From Candidatus Bathyarchaeota archaeon (lineage in GTDB: Archaea > Thermoproteota > Bathyarchaeia > Bathyarchaeales > Bathyarchaeaceae), in assembly GCA_963697165.1 (NCBI GenBank), contig CAVOMX010000011.1, positions 32,001-96,000 on the forward strand: 64,000 nucleotides of DNA. The letters are read 5' to 3'. The translations under genes and the position numbers were made by a program. Each line of letters begins with the position of its first letter. Position 1 is the stretch's first letter. Below, in pieces: positions 21,227 to 30,676 of this stretch. The notes under the pieces are model-generated. The model saw nothing but the letters and a program-made list of their open reading frames with translations, was not told the DNA's origin and ran no database searches.

Positions 21227-21441
21227 ATTAGTAGGTCACTACCGTTTTTATCCTCTCGGAAATACATAAAGCTGATTGTTTAAATGTTTTTCACAATTGC
21301 ATTTACACCAAAAAAGGTCATAACAATGAAAGGTGTGTGCTTGAGTATTAACTCTATTTGGAAACGAAAAATGTAGGATTCAGATTTAATTAAAAAAGAA
21401 AAGGGATTGGGGTTGGGTTAATTTGCTTGTGTATTGTATGC

Positions 21442-22113
21442 TTATGTCATCTGTCTTGGGGATATGCCGAACCAGCCGAAGAGTGTGACGAATATCGGTA
21501 TTATAATTCCGTAGATCAGCTTAGGTAATAGAATGGTGAACGCGACATATGGAATATCTGTTGCCATGCTAATAGGTGAGATCACTCCGGCCCACAACTG
21601 AAATGCGCTAGCAATAGCTCCAGCGATAAGTGCAGAAACTACCATTCTTCGGAAACTGTAAGAGCCCCTGTTTAATGCACCAGAAATGTAGCCGACCAGC
21701 ATAGCGCTCACTACGAATCCAAGGTTAGTAATTTCTTGAACCATAAATCCTGCAGACAACTCTATGTAGCCCATAGCGACATATGCAGCGTATACATCGT
21801 TAACATATAGAGCATATATGCTACCTAGCAGGAATCCTGCGCCACCTCCAGCCCACTTATTCCAGATTAATCCAGCAAACAATGGAATTGCCGTAACTAG
21901 AAGTGCTTCACCAAGACCATCAACAAGGATAGCATTAAGACCGAAAGAGGGGTCTACTTCAAGGAGGAGTTCAGCAATTGTAGTTGGAAAGATTATGATT
22001 AAGAATGCCGCGATAACAGGTAGTATTATCCCATAGATTATATCATTTAGTTTCCATTCAGTCCAGCTTGCCATTTTATGTTCACTTCTTTCTTTTTTCA
22101 CTGTTACTATCAT
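21442..22113 (-). CDS. Integral membrane protein (about 5-6 TM), possibly ECF S-component-like
   Basis: Hydrophobic 223-aa ORF; IPLFAGLIWNKWAGGGAGFLLG; likely start is the internal ATG (MASWTEW); U-rich tract downstream on the minus strand near 21390-21405. Confidence 0.65.
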   Translation of the reverse strand: MIVTVKKERSEHKMASWTEWKLNDIIYGIILPVIAAFLIIIFPTTIAELLLEVDPSFGLNAILVDGLGEALLVTAIPLFAGLIWNKWAGGGAGFLLGSIYALYVNDVYAAYVAMGYIELSAGFMVQEITNLGFVVSAMLVGYISGALNRGSYSFRRMVVSALIAGAIASAFQLWAGVISPISMATDIPYVAFTILLPKLIYGIIIPIFVTLFGWFGISPRQMT

Positions 22114-22307
22114 TATACATTTATATTTTGTGCATTAATCAACTTGCAGACACAAGTATACATTTCAATCGCAATAATTGTTTTGGGTACTGAAAAACAA
22201 GTGTAAACCCATATTACAACAGCATAATTGAATGAAATTCTAAAAGAAAAAGGTCAGACAAAACCAAAAACGATGAAACATAAAATTATACTAAAAGGGA
22301 ATAATTA

Positions 22308-22351
22308 TAAAAAAAGAAAATGCAGATATGCACCAAAAAATGTGCACATCT
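22308..22351 (-). terminator. Stem-loop plus U-tract downstream of the rnfD-like gene
   Basis: Minus strand AGATGTGCAC-attttttg-GTGCATATCT (10-bp stem, one G-U) followed by gcattttctttttt. Confidence 0.6.
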
Positions 22352-22368
22352 TTAGGGTTTTTATGTAG

Positions 22369-23706
22369 CTACTGCTTGTTAATTTTGTCTCTAGCAGAAA
22401 CGATTATAGTCTTTAGATCGATTCTCGCTGGACAAATAAATGTACAGTGACCACAGTTGTCACAGTATTCGGCACCTAGTTTTTCAACTCTTGCCCAATT
22501 GCCTTTGTCAGCAGCTTCTTTGATCAGTATGACTGGAAGATTTTTGCAACAGGTTGTTAGACATTGTCCACAGCGAATACAATCAGTGACCATGGCGTCT
22601 CCAAGTTTTTTAGCTTTTGGAAGCTTTACTTTGATTCTAGTTTTGCTCGCTTTAGGAACTCCGACGCGGTCAAGTATAGGACATGTTAGGTTCATGATTA
22701 TCAGTGCGAGAATTGATCCACCCAAGAATCCAGTGTACGTCTGAATGATAATTGTCAATATTGCTAAGCCTGCACCAAATATGAGTTGGCCTAAACGGGT
22801 CAGTGGAGTAGTTGCAGGGTCGGTAGCCATGAAGAATGCCATGAAGATTGAACTGCCCATGAATAGGTGGAACACTAGTCTAAGTATTGGATCTCCGCCG
22901 TAAATGAATCCCATAATAACAGCAAACACTGCAGTGGTAACTAGGTAAGTCAGAGTTATTCTCCATTTAATGTATCCGCGGCAAACTGCAAACAAAACGA
23001 GACCTATCGCCATCACAAGGATGCTTGAAAAGCCACCGATCCAGCCGTGAGTATTTTGCAACCAGCATAGTAAAGAGAACATCAGGAAGCGGATTCTCGA
23101 ATGAACCCATAGTATAGGGGGTTCAGAGGACTAGTAGAATAGCAGGTCAGCAGGGTAGAGCCGAAAGTTGTGGTTTCCATTGGGTAGTAGTCGGGGAAAC
23201 CAAAACTACCTGGGTTTAGAGGATTTTGCAATTGTATAGAACTGGTGTGATCTGAAGGCAATAGGGATGTAATAGCGGGCATAAATAGCAAACCGAGAAT
23301 CAGAAGTTTCGCGATTGCAGCTGGATTAACGTATTTTCTGCCAGCCAACCCTGCAAGTTTCTTGAAGACAACCAATCCTACAGCCGAAATTAGAGCAGGA
23401 TACAGGTATTGTTCAAGTCCACCAGCCAAAGTTGGGTTTGATTCCATGGCCATTATAGGCAAACCTAACGAGTAGGACATGGCAACGATTAATCCGAATA
23501 CAGCAGCAGACATCATGTTTTTGGGTCCCTTAGAACCCATTACCATAGAAAGCAGAAAATCGCAGCCCACAGCAACTCCAACACGAAAGTAGGGATATTA
23601 CAAGTGATTCAAGACCAAACACGAAATAGGATAAGAATGCAATAAAGAATAGCGCAATTAACGTGTACTGCATCAACAGATTTTTTGTCATAGGAGCTTT
23701 TACCAT
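22369..23706 (-). CDS. RnfD/NqrB-family membrane protein fused to a C-terminal 2x[4Fe-4S] domain; three apparent indels (near 23583, 23105, 23052)
   Basis: Reconstructed MVKAPMTKN..SVGVAVGCDF..SAAVFGLI..KYVNPAA..AKYHGWIGGFSS..IKWRI..AFFMATDPATTP..GSILALIIMN; then CIRCGQCLTTC and CDNCGHCTFICPARIDL (RnfC C-terminus-like). Confidence 0.8.
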
Positions 23707-23861
23707 TTTTAGTAACCTCATATTTATGTGAGTTAGCTTTCTAAAATTTTGAATATTTAAGCTTTTAGACACTTTCTATCATGAATTTTTTGATGAAGAA
23801 CACGTGCTTTTTTGACTTCTGACATCAGAAAAACTTCCAAAAACTTTCAAAAAAGAGGTAA

Positions 23862-23904
23862 AAGACGATAAGAACAGTAAGACGATACAATAAAACAAGA
23901 CAAA
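23862..23904 (+). repeat. Three short direct repeats in the divergent rnfD-like / rSAM #4 intergenic region
   Basis: AAGACGATA (23862), AAGACGATA (23879), AAGACAAA (23897); spacing 17-18 bp. Confidence 0.4.
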
Positions 23905-24125
23905 CGTTAAACAGATTTAGACATGTATACAGATAAAGCGCCCCACTAGACAAAAAAGGTAAAACGGGCGTGGTTTTATTTTAAATCATATTTGGGCTAG
24001 GGAGATTTGGTTTTTTTCCAAACGTTTTTAGGTTTCCATCGAAATAACTGACATTGTTGAGTTTTGCTCAGCCATAAATGTGATAACAGGTTTGAACGTA
24101 CCTGCCAAGGTAGTGAACAGCAAAT

Positions 24126-25583
24126 ATGCGTATTTGTTTGATTAATCCGCCACGCATTCATCCAAAAGGTTGGGGAAAACCAACGGTGTATCAGCCGTGG
24201 GGAATAGCATACGTAGCGGCTGTACTAGAAAAGCAACATAAAGTAAGCATTATAGATGTTCCCACAGAAGGCTGGAGAAATCTTGAACAGATAGATGAAA
24301 CAAAATATCGGGTAGGTTTAACAAACAAAGAGATAAGCTGACAGAATAAAACAGTTGTCACCCGATATTGTTGGAATAAACATCCCATTTTCTGGTTGGT
24401 CAAAATACGCATTTGAGGTTGCTGACACAGTAAAAAGCATTGACAAGGATATCACCACAGTGCTGGATGGGTTACATCCATCTGCAAGATCTGTAGAATG
24501 TCTTTCAGATTCAAACGTAGATTTTGTTGTAAGAGGAGAAGGAGAACAGACAATATCAGAGTTAGTAGGCGCACTAGAACAAGGCAAAACTGAAGATCTT
24601 GAAAAAATAAAAGGAATCGGCTTCATCAAAAACGGGAAGACAATTATTACACCTCCAAGACCAGGAGATTCAAGATTTAGATTCTCTGCCCTTTCCGGCA
24701 AGGCATCTACTTCCGATGGAAACATACTTTGCTGCAGTAAAGGAAAACCCCATAAGAGGAGTAATCCACAAACGGTGGGCAATAATGACCAGCAGCAGAG
24801 GTTGCCCGCACGAGTGCATCTTTTGTTCTAATCATATTGTTATGGGAAGAAAGTGGCGGGCTAGAAGCCCAGAGAAAGTGGTCGAGGAAATCGAACAGTT
24901 AGTTGACACCTACAAAATTGAACAGATTGACTTCTACGATGACAACATGACGCTGAAAAAGAAGCGGGTAATAGAAATTTGTGATTTGATAAAAGAAAGG
25001 GGTTTAGACATCGAATGGTATGTTCCAACAGGTGTTAGAGCGGACACTCTGGATGAAGAGCTTTTGACAAAAATGAAGGCGTCTGGCTGCAGGGGATTAC
25101 GGATTGCTCCCGAGTCTGGCGTTCAACGTGTTGTGAATCAGATCATAAAAAAGAACCTGAACTTGAAAGATGTAGAAAAAGCTGTTGTTTTGATCCAAAA
25201 AAGTGGGAATCAAGTTAGGCGTTTTCTTTATACTGGGGCTTATCGGCGAAACAAAAGAGGATATAAAAGAAACAATAAATTATGCATATAAACTGAGAAA
25301 ACTAGGAGCCGAAAATTTCCACTTCAGCATAGCTACCCCTTTATATGGAACAGAACTCTATGAGCAGGCTATGCGCGGCGGTTTCTTAAGGGACGGCTTT
25401 AGTGATGAAGCTTTAGCTGCGGCTGAACCTCTGATTGAAACTGCAGAGTTTACGGCAGACGAGTTGCGTGAATTATGTTTGCAAGCAAATTTGGTGAATC
25501 AGACTATTACTCAGGATAAACTATTGAAGGCAATTCGTAACCCAAAGAAAGCGATAAAGATGTTATTGAGAAGAAGTGAGTGA
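24126..25583 (+). CDS. Cobalamin-binding radical SAM protein (#4), three apparent 1-bp insertions (near 24335, 24664, 25195)
   Basis: LINPP..PWGIAYVAAVLE; DGLHPS; GEGE; repaired PPRPEIQDLDSLPFPARHL; SSRGCPHECIFC; APESG; GLIGET. Confidence 0.87.
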
Positions 25584-25717
25584 AGTAGAGGCTGAAACAC
25601 ATTTTTTGGTCGATAATTTGGATAAAGACTCTAAATGGGCATAACAACAATAAAGATATAGCTAAGAAGTTCTAACTGTTTGACTATTCTGGCTTTTGCC
25701 GCAATTCGGTGTGAAAA

Positions 25718-27115
25718 GTGACGAAGATGGGTAGAAAACTTAAGACATCATTGGTCAACCCACCACCCCTAAAAGGAGTTTATCGGCATCAGCTTTATCT
25801 GCCCATAGGCCTAGCCTATCTGGCAGCAGTCCTTGAAGAAAATGGACATGAAGTATCTGTTATAGATTGTCCAGCGCTAGAAATGACCCATGAAGATTTG
25901 AAAGCAAAGTTATCTTCCATTCAACCTGATTTGATTGGCATCACGTCTATGACGCCAACGATACAGTCGGCTCTTCAATCCGCGCATGTTGCAAAAGAAG
26001 CATGCTCTGAATCACTGGTTGTATTGGGAGGTCCACATGCCACTTTTATGGATGAACAAGTTCTTGTTGAAGAAGAGGCAGTGGACATAGTTGTGAGGAG
26101 CGAGGGCGAACAAACCTTACTAGAGCTAACACAAAACGTATCCAACCCGAAAGGACTCAACAGCATTGATGGAGTAACATTTAGAAAGGATGGACAGATT
26201 GTTCGCACACCTAACAGGCCATTTATGGAAAAACTTGACGAACTACCCCTTCCGGCATACAAATACTTCCCGCTAGAAAAATACAGGCTTTTTGGGAGAA
26301 AGATGCTTCCAATAATAACAAGCAGAGGCTGCCCCTCCCAGTGTTCGTTTTGTACGTCAGCTCAAATGTTTGGGAAAGGCTTCAGGGCGCGGAGTCCAAA
26401 AAACATCGTGGATGAGCTTGAGTGGTTAAGAGACGAGCATGGAGCTGATGCTTTCACATTTTATGACGACACGTTTACGCTTAATAAGAAAAGGGCAATC
26501 AAGATTTGTGAAGAAATCAAGAGTAGAAAGATTGGTCTTCCATGGGATTGTCAAACTAGAGTTAGCACAGTTTCAAGAGAGATTCTGCTCAAAATGCGGG
26601 AAGCAAACTGTCAACAGGTCTTTTTTGGGGTTGAATCAGGGTGTCAAAAGATTCTGGATGCTGTGAAAAAGGGAACTACGGTTGAACAAAACGAGAAAGC
26701 GATTAGATTAGCGAAGGATGTTGGTTTGTTCGTCGCCGTTTCCGTGATGATTGGATATCCTGGAGAGACCAAAGATATGTTACAAGAGACTGTTGATCTT
26801 ATCAGAAAAGCGGAGCCCGACGATGTATACATATGTGTGGCGACGCCGTATCCCGGCACTGAGCTTCGCAGACTTGTTGAAGAGAATGGATGGGAGATGT
26901 CTAACGATTGGGGACGCTACGACACAATAACGCCTGTTTTTGCGAATCCTAACTTGTCGGCAGAGGATATCAGAAAATTACGAACCTCTTTCTATAACAG
27001 TTTTTATTCTCCAAAATATGTGCTCCGTCACCTGTTTAAAAGAAACTTCTATAGTCGAGTGATGGCTCGAACTGCTGTGAATCATCTGCTCTGGAGAATA
27101 AGGAACAGTTTCTAA
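25718..27115 (+). CDS. Cobalamin-binding radical SAM protein (#5)
   Basis: LVNPPP..PIGLAYLAAVLE, GGPHAT, EGE, TSRGCPSQCSFC, GVESG, GYPGET; likely start ATG 25727. Confidence 0.93.
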   Translation: MTKMGRKLKTSLVNPPPLKGVYRHQLYLPIGLAYLAAVLEENGHEVSVIDCPALEMTHEDLKAKLSSIQPDLIGITSMTPTIQSALQSAHVAKEACSESLVVLGGPHATFMDEQVLVEEEAVDIVVRSEGEQTLLELTQNVSNPKGLNSIDGVTFRKDGQIVRTPNRPFMEKLDELPLPAYKYFPLEKYRLFGRKMLPIITSRGCPSQCSFCTSAQMFGKGFRARSPKNIVDELEWLRDEHGADAFTFYDDTFTLNKKRAIKICEEIKSRKIGLPWDCQTRVSTVSREILLKMREANCQQVFFGVESGCQKILDAVKKGTTVEQNEKAIRLAKDVGLFVAVSVMIGYPGETKDMLQETVDLIRKAEPDDVYICVATPYPGTELRRLVEENGWEMSNDWGRYDTITPVFANPNLSAEDIRKLRTSFYNSFYSPKYVLRHLFKRNFYSRVMARTAVNHLLWRIRNSF

Positions 27116-27144
27116 TCAAGAAAAAATTGCGAGCTTTAGGCGCC

Positions 27145-27885
27145 CTACTTTTTTGGCAGCATCGATTTATGGAACAGCATAATAATTGTTGGTGTTGCAG
27201 TGTATACAGGCTTTAAACGTTTAACTTCACATAAATCGAATTTTGCACCGAGCATCTGCGTTAAAGTTTCTACGGTGAAATAGTATTTGTGTGCGTCATA
27301 ACGCAAACCCTCTATCCCTTCAGGCGTGGATACTATCAAATGTCCATCAGTTTTGAGAACTCTGTAAGCCTCATCTACGAAACTGTGCGGATTCCATAAG
27401 TGCTCCATTATTTCAGAAGCTAAAACAACATCAAAAATGTTTGAGGCAAAGGATAATCGTTCTGCGTCGCCAGCTACAGCTAATAGACCTTCACAGCTGT
27501 GAGCTTGAACAGCAACTGTTGGCAGGTCTACGGATGCTACGTTGTTGCCCATTTGTGATATGCGTTCGCCGATGATCCCGTCTCCAGAGCCAACATCTAG
27601 TATGTCCAAACCGTTTCCCAGACGACCAACCATGTCAGAAATGAGTTCTATTCTCTCCTGATTAAATGGGCGTGTGCGTGTATCGTGAAGAGCCTCCATC
27701 AGTGCATTGTATGCGCGCTCTGAGTCATATTTCTGCCACTCCACCCACATCCGCTTACTCTTGTTCCTAAACTTGTAGCGGGTTTCTCTTATGATGAGAT
27801 GCTTCAACTGGGAAGGATTTGATAGCAAATAAGCAAACCCGTGAACTTGACTTTTAATCAGCTTTAACATGGACGTCTCCATCAT
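27145..27885 (-). CDS. Class I SAM-dependent methyltransferase
   Basis: ILDVGSGDG, GDAERLSF, FDVVLASEIMEHL, RVLKTDGHLIVSTP. Confidence 0.88.
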   Translation of the reverse strand: MMETSMLKLIKSQVHGFAYLLSNPSQLKHLIIRETRYKFRNKSKRMWVEWQKYDSERAYNALMEALHDTRTRPFNQERIELISDMVGRLGNGLDILDVGSGDGIIGERISQMGNNVASVDLPTVAVQAHSCEGLLAVAGDAERLSFASNIFDVVLASEIMEHLWNPHSFVDEAYRVLKTDGHLIVSTPEGIEGLRYDAHKYYFTVETLTQMLGAKFDLCEVKRLKPVYTATPTIIMLFHKSMLPKK

Positions 27886-27939
27886 TGTTATTCTATCTTA
27901 AGGGATACACAAGATTCAATGCCGGTACAACATATGAAA

Positions 27940-29031
27940 CTAACGCTGCAGACACGCCTGAGCTTCCTTCAGCAAAGATATAATCGGTAAGTTGTATGGA
28001 CATTTTGGTTCGCATTCGCCGCAATCCGAACATTTGGTGACGTCAACTTCAAGTCCGCTATATAGTTTTTTTGCCCAAGTCTTCAACCCGTAAGTATTGT
28101 AGAGAATATGAAACCTGAGAATAGCTGCTATGTCAAGGTTTTGAGAACAAGGCAAACAGAGTCCACAGTCTCGGCAGTGTTTCTCATCAAATTGCACTCT
28201 AAAACAGTCTTTTTCATCCGTTGTTAACCCTACGTAATTTTCTCCCACTTTAACGGCGGTCTCAACTTCTTCAACTGATTTGCATCCTGTGACAACCACG
28301 GATACATCCTGCGCCAAAACAAACCTGAGGGCACTGCTTACCATTGAACGTGTATCCTGTCCCAACAGAGCCTTCAGTCCGGGATCGTCAGAAAGTAAAG
28401 ACAATGAAGGCTCATATAAGCAGGTTATGAGCTTAGAGGTCTTGGCTGACAAAGGCTTCATTATGGCAATACCGATGTCTAACTCTTTTGTTAGAGGAAC
28501 CAACTCATCCAGAGCTTGCCTTGTGACAATGTTAAGGGGCACAAGTACAGTGTCGAACTCGTTTGTTTTGATGGCTTTAATCAACACGCGAGGCTTGTGG
28601 CCTGTAATGCCGATGAAGTCTACCAAGCCTTCAGAACGAGCCTTTTTACACATCTCCAGTGAACCACTTGGACCCATTGCATGTTCAAGAGTTTTTTCGT
28701 CATCTATCCCATGAAGCTGAATCAAATCCAATCTGTCCGTTTTTAGTCGGCGCAAACTACTTTTGAAGTCAGCTAACGATTCGCTTTTCGTTCTTGAGGC
28801 AGTCTTTGTAGCTAAAAAGCACTTATCCCTTACATCATGTAATGCTGCTCCAATCTTTTCTTCGCTGTCCCCATCCAGTTTTGCAGTGTCGAAATAGTTT
28901 ATTCTCAAATCATAAGCTCTTTGGATGACCTTGACTGCTTCATCCATACTTAGCTGCGAAATCCATGTGCCGCCAAAACCGACAATGGACACCTGAAGAC
29001 CTGTTCTGCCAAGAGTTCTTTTCTGCAACAA
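27940..29031 (-). CDS. Aldo/keto reductase with C-terminal 4Fe-4S dicluster
   Basis: RTLGRTGLQVSIVGFGG, NYFDTA, ATK, LDLIQLHG; CRDCGLCLPC and CSDCGECEPKCP. Confidence 0.9.
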   Translation of the reverse strand: MLQKRTLGRTGLQVSIVGFGGTWISQLSMDEAVKVIQRAYDLRINYFDTAKLDGDSEEKIGAALHDVRDKCFLATKTASRTKSESLADFKSSLRRLKTDRLDLIQLHGIDDEKTLEHAMGPSGSLEMCKKARSEGLVDFIGITGHKPRVLIKAIKTNEFDTVLVPLNIVTRQALDELVPLTKELDIGIAIMKPLSAKTSKLITCLYEPSLSLLSDDPGLKALLGQDTRSMVSSALRFVLAQDVSVVVTGCKSVEEVETAVKVGENYVGLTTDEKDCFRVQFDEKHCRDCGLCLPCSQNLDIAAILRFHILYNTYGLKTWAKKLYSGLEVDVTKCSDCGECEPKCPYNLPIISLLKEAQACLQR

Positions 29032-29092
29032 AGTAATCCTCCAGCATTCTACAACAGAAACAATTTGAAGAAATTGTGCAGATGGCTAGAGA

Positions 29093-30480
29093 TTAGCTGA
29101 AGCTTAGTTTGGCCATCATGGTTCTTTTAAGCCACGCCAAGGCAGTTTTGGTCGTCGAGTAGCCGTATACTCCTCCTTTGCTGAACGCACGAATAATGTA
29201 AGTTGGACGAAGATAGAATTTTCGATGCGCCATATCATGCAGTTCTCTTAGTTCATTCATGCTCATTGTTGGCGTCTCGAAAATAGGTGTAGCAGTGTCA
29301 TATTTGTTGAAGTCTGTTATCTTTATCCAACCCATCTTTTTCACGTAATCGTACATGGGAGTCCCAGGATAGGGCGTAGCAATGTAAACGCCTATCTCGT
29401 CAGATTTTATTCGCTTCAAAAGGTTTATGCTTTCCATGGCGGTTTCGCGGGTTTCACCAGGAAAACCAAGAATCATACTTGCGACAGTCATCAGACCAAC
29501 TTCGTTTGCCCACTTGAAAGCATTAAAAGTCTGTGTGAGCGAGATTCCCTTGCCCATCGCTTTTATAACCTGTTCCGATCCTGCCTCGACGCCAAACCAT
29601 ACGGCAATACAACCCGCATCCTTCATTTTCTGAAGCAAATCCTTCGTTACCATGTCAACACGGGTTTCGCAATCCCACTTAATCTTTAAGCCTCGCTTCA
29701 GGATTTCGTTACATATTTCCTCGGTTCTGGATTGGTCTACAGTGAATGCGTCATCATAGAAGGTGTATTGATCTTCGCCATATTTTTTATAGAGAAACTC
29801 AAGTTCGTCCACAACCTTTTGTGGGCTTCTCATCCGATACTTTCGACCAAACATCCTAACTGCAGAACAGAAGTCACACCAGAATGTACAGCCCCTGCTT
29901 GTCATAACTGGAAAAATAATTTTTCCATACTTTTTGAAGTGTTCAATAGGCCAAAGATGAAAGGCAGGATAAGGTAGACTTTCAAGGTCTTCGATGTGAG
30001 GACGGTCTGGATTCTTTATGATATCGTCGCCTTTTCGGCAAGTTGTGCCCACAACATCATGAAAACTCTTGCCATTTTCCACCTTTTTGACTATCTCAAG
30101 AAGTGTAGTTTCGCCTTCTCCCCTCACGATTATATCCAGCTGCGGGCATTCATTTAGAGCCTCCTCGTCCCAGAAGGTGGCGTGTGAGCCTCCAATAATT
30201 GTTAAGCAGTCGGGTAAAACGTCCTTAGCCACTTTTATTATGTTAAGGGCGGACTTGTAGGTGAGAGTTGTAGAAGTTAATCCAACAATGTCAGGTTTAC
30301 GTTTGCCAAGTTCTTTTTCCACATCGCTTAATGTGAGGTGTAGAGCTTGGCAGTCGATGACGTTGACGTCGTACCCTTTTTCTCTAGGACTGCGGCGAGG
30401 TATCCTAGACCAAGAGGCATGAATGGTGGGTGCTGGTGAGCGCCTGGTGGGTATGGTGGATTTACAAGAGTTACTTGCAT
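29093..30480 (-). CDS. Cobalamin-binding radical SAM protein (#6), one base missing in an A-run near 30379
   Basis: ATG at 30480 gives MQVTLVNPPYPPGAHQHPPFMPLGLGYLAAVLEKK, which joins GYDVNVIDCQ; TSRGCTFWCDFC, GVEAGS. Confidence 0.9.
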
Positions 30481-30676
30481 CCTTCACACTTTCCTAAAAT
30501 ATTTTCGTTTAATAAGACAAAGAGGGCTATTAATAAGGTTAGTGCGGAATATTTTCCAGAAACCCAAGAGGTTATGGATGAAAAAATAGTAAAAAAGATT
30601 GAACAAAAATGATGCATAAGCAAGCCATAAAATGATGAAGGAACATCTTAAATGACAAAGCTTAGAGGTACAACTG

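Noticed and set aside
22369..23772. Three separate small genes, or a complete Rnf complex
   Set aside because: The fragments join into one RnfD-like frame after single-base repairs; no other Rnf subunits are present
30380..30487. N-terminus MKDASNSCKSTIPTRR of ORF 29093-30487
   Set aside because: Wrong frame; the alternative frame from ATG 30480 matches the paralogs closely
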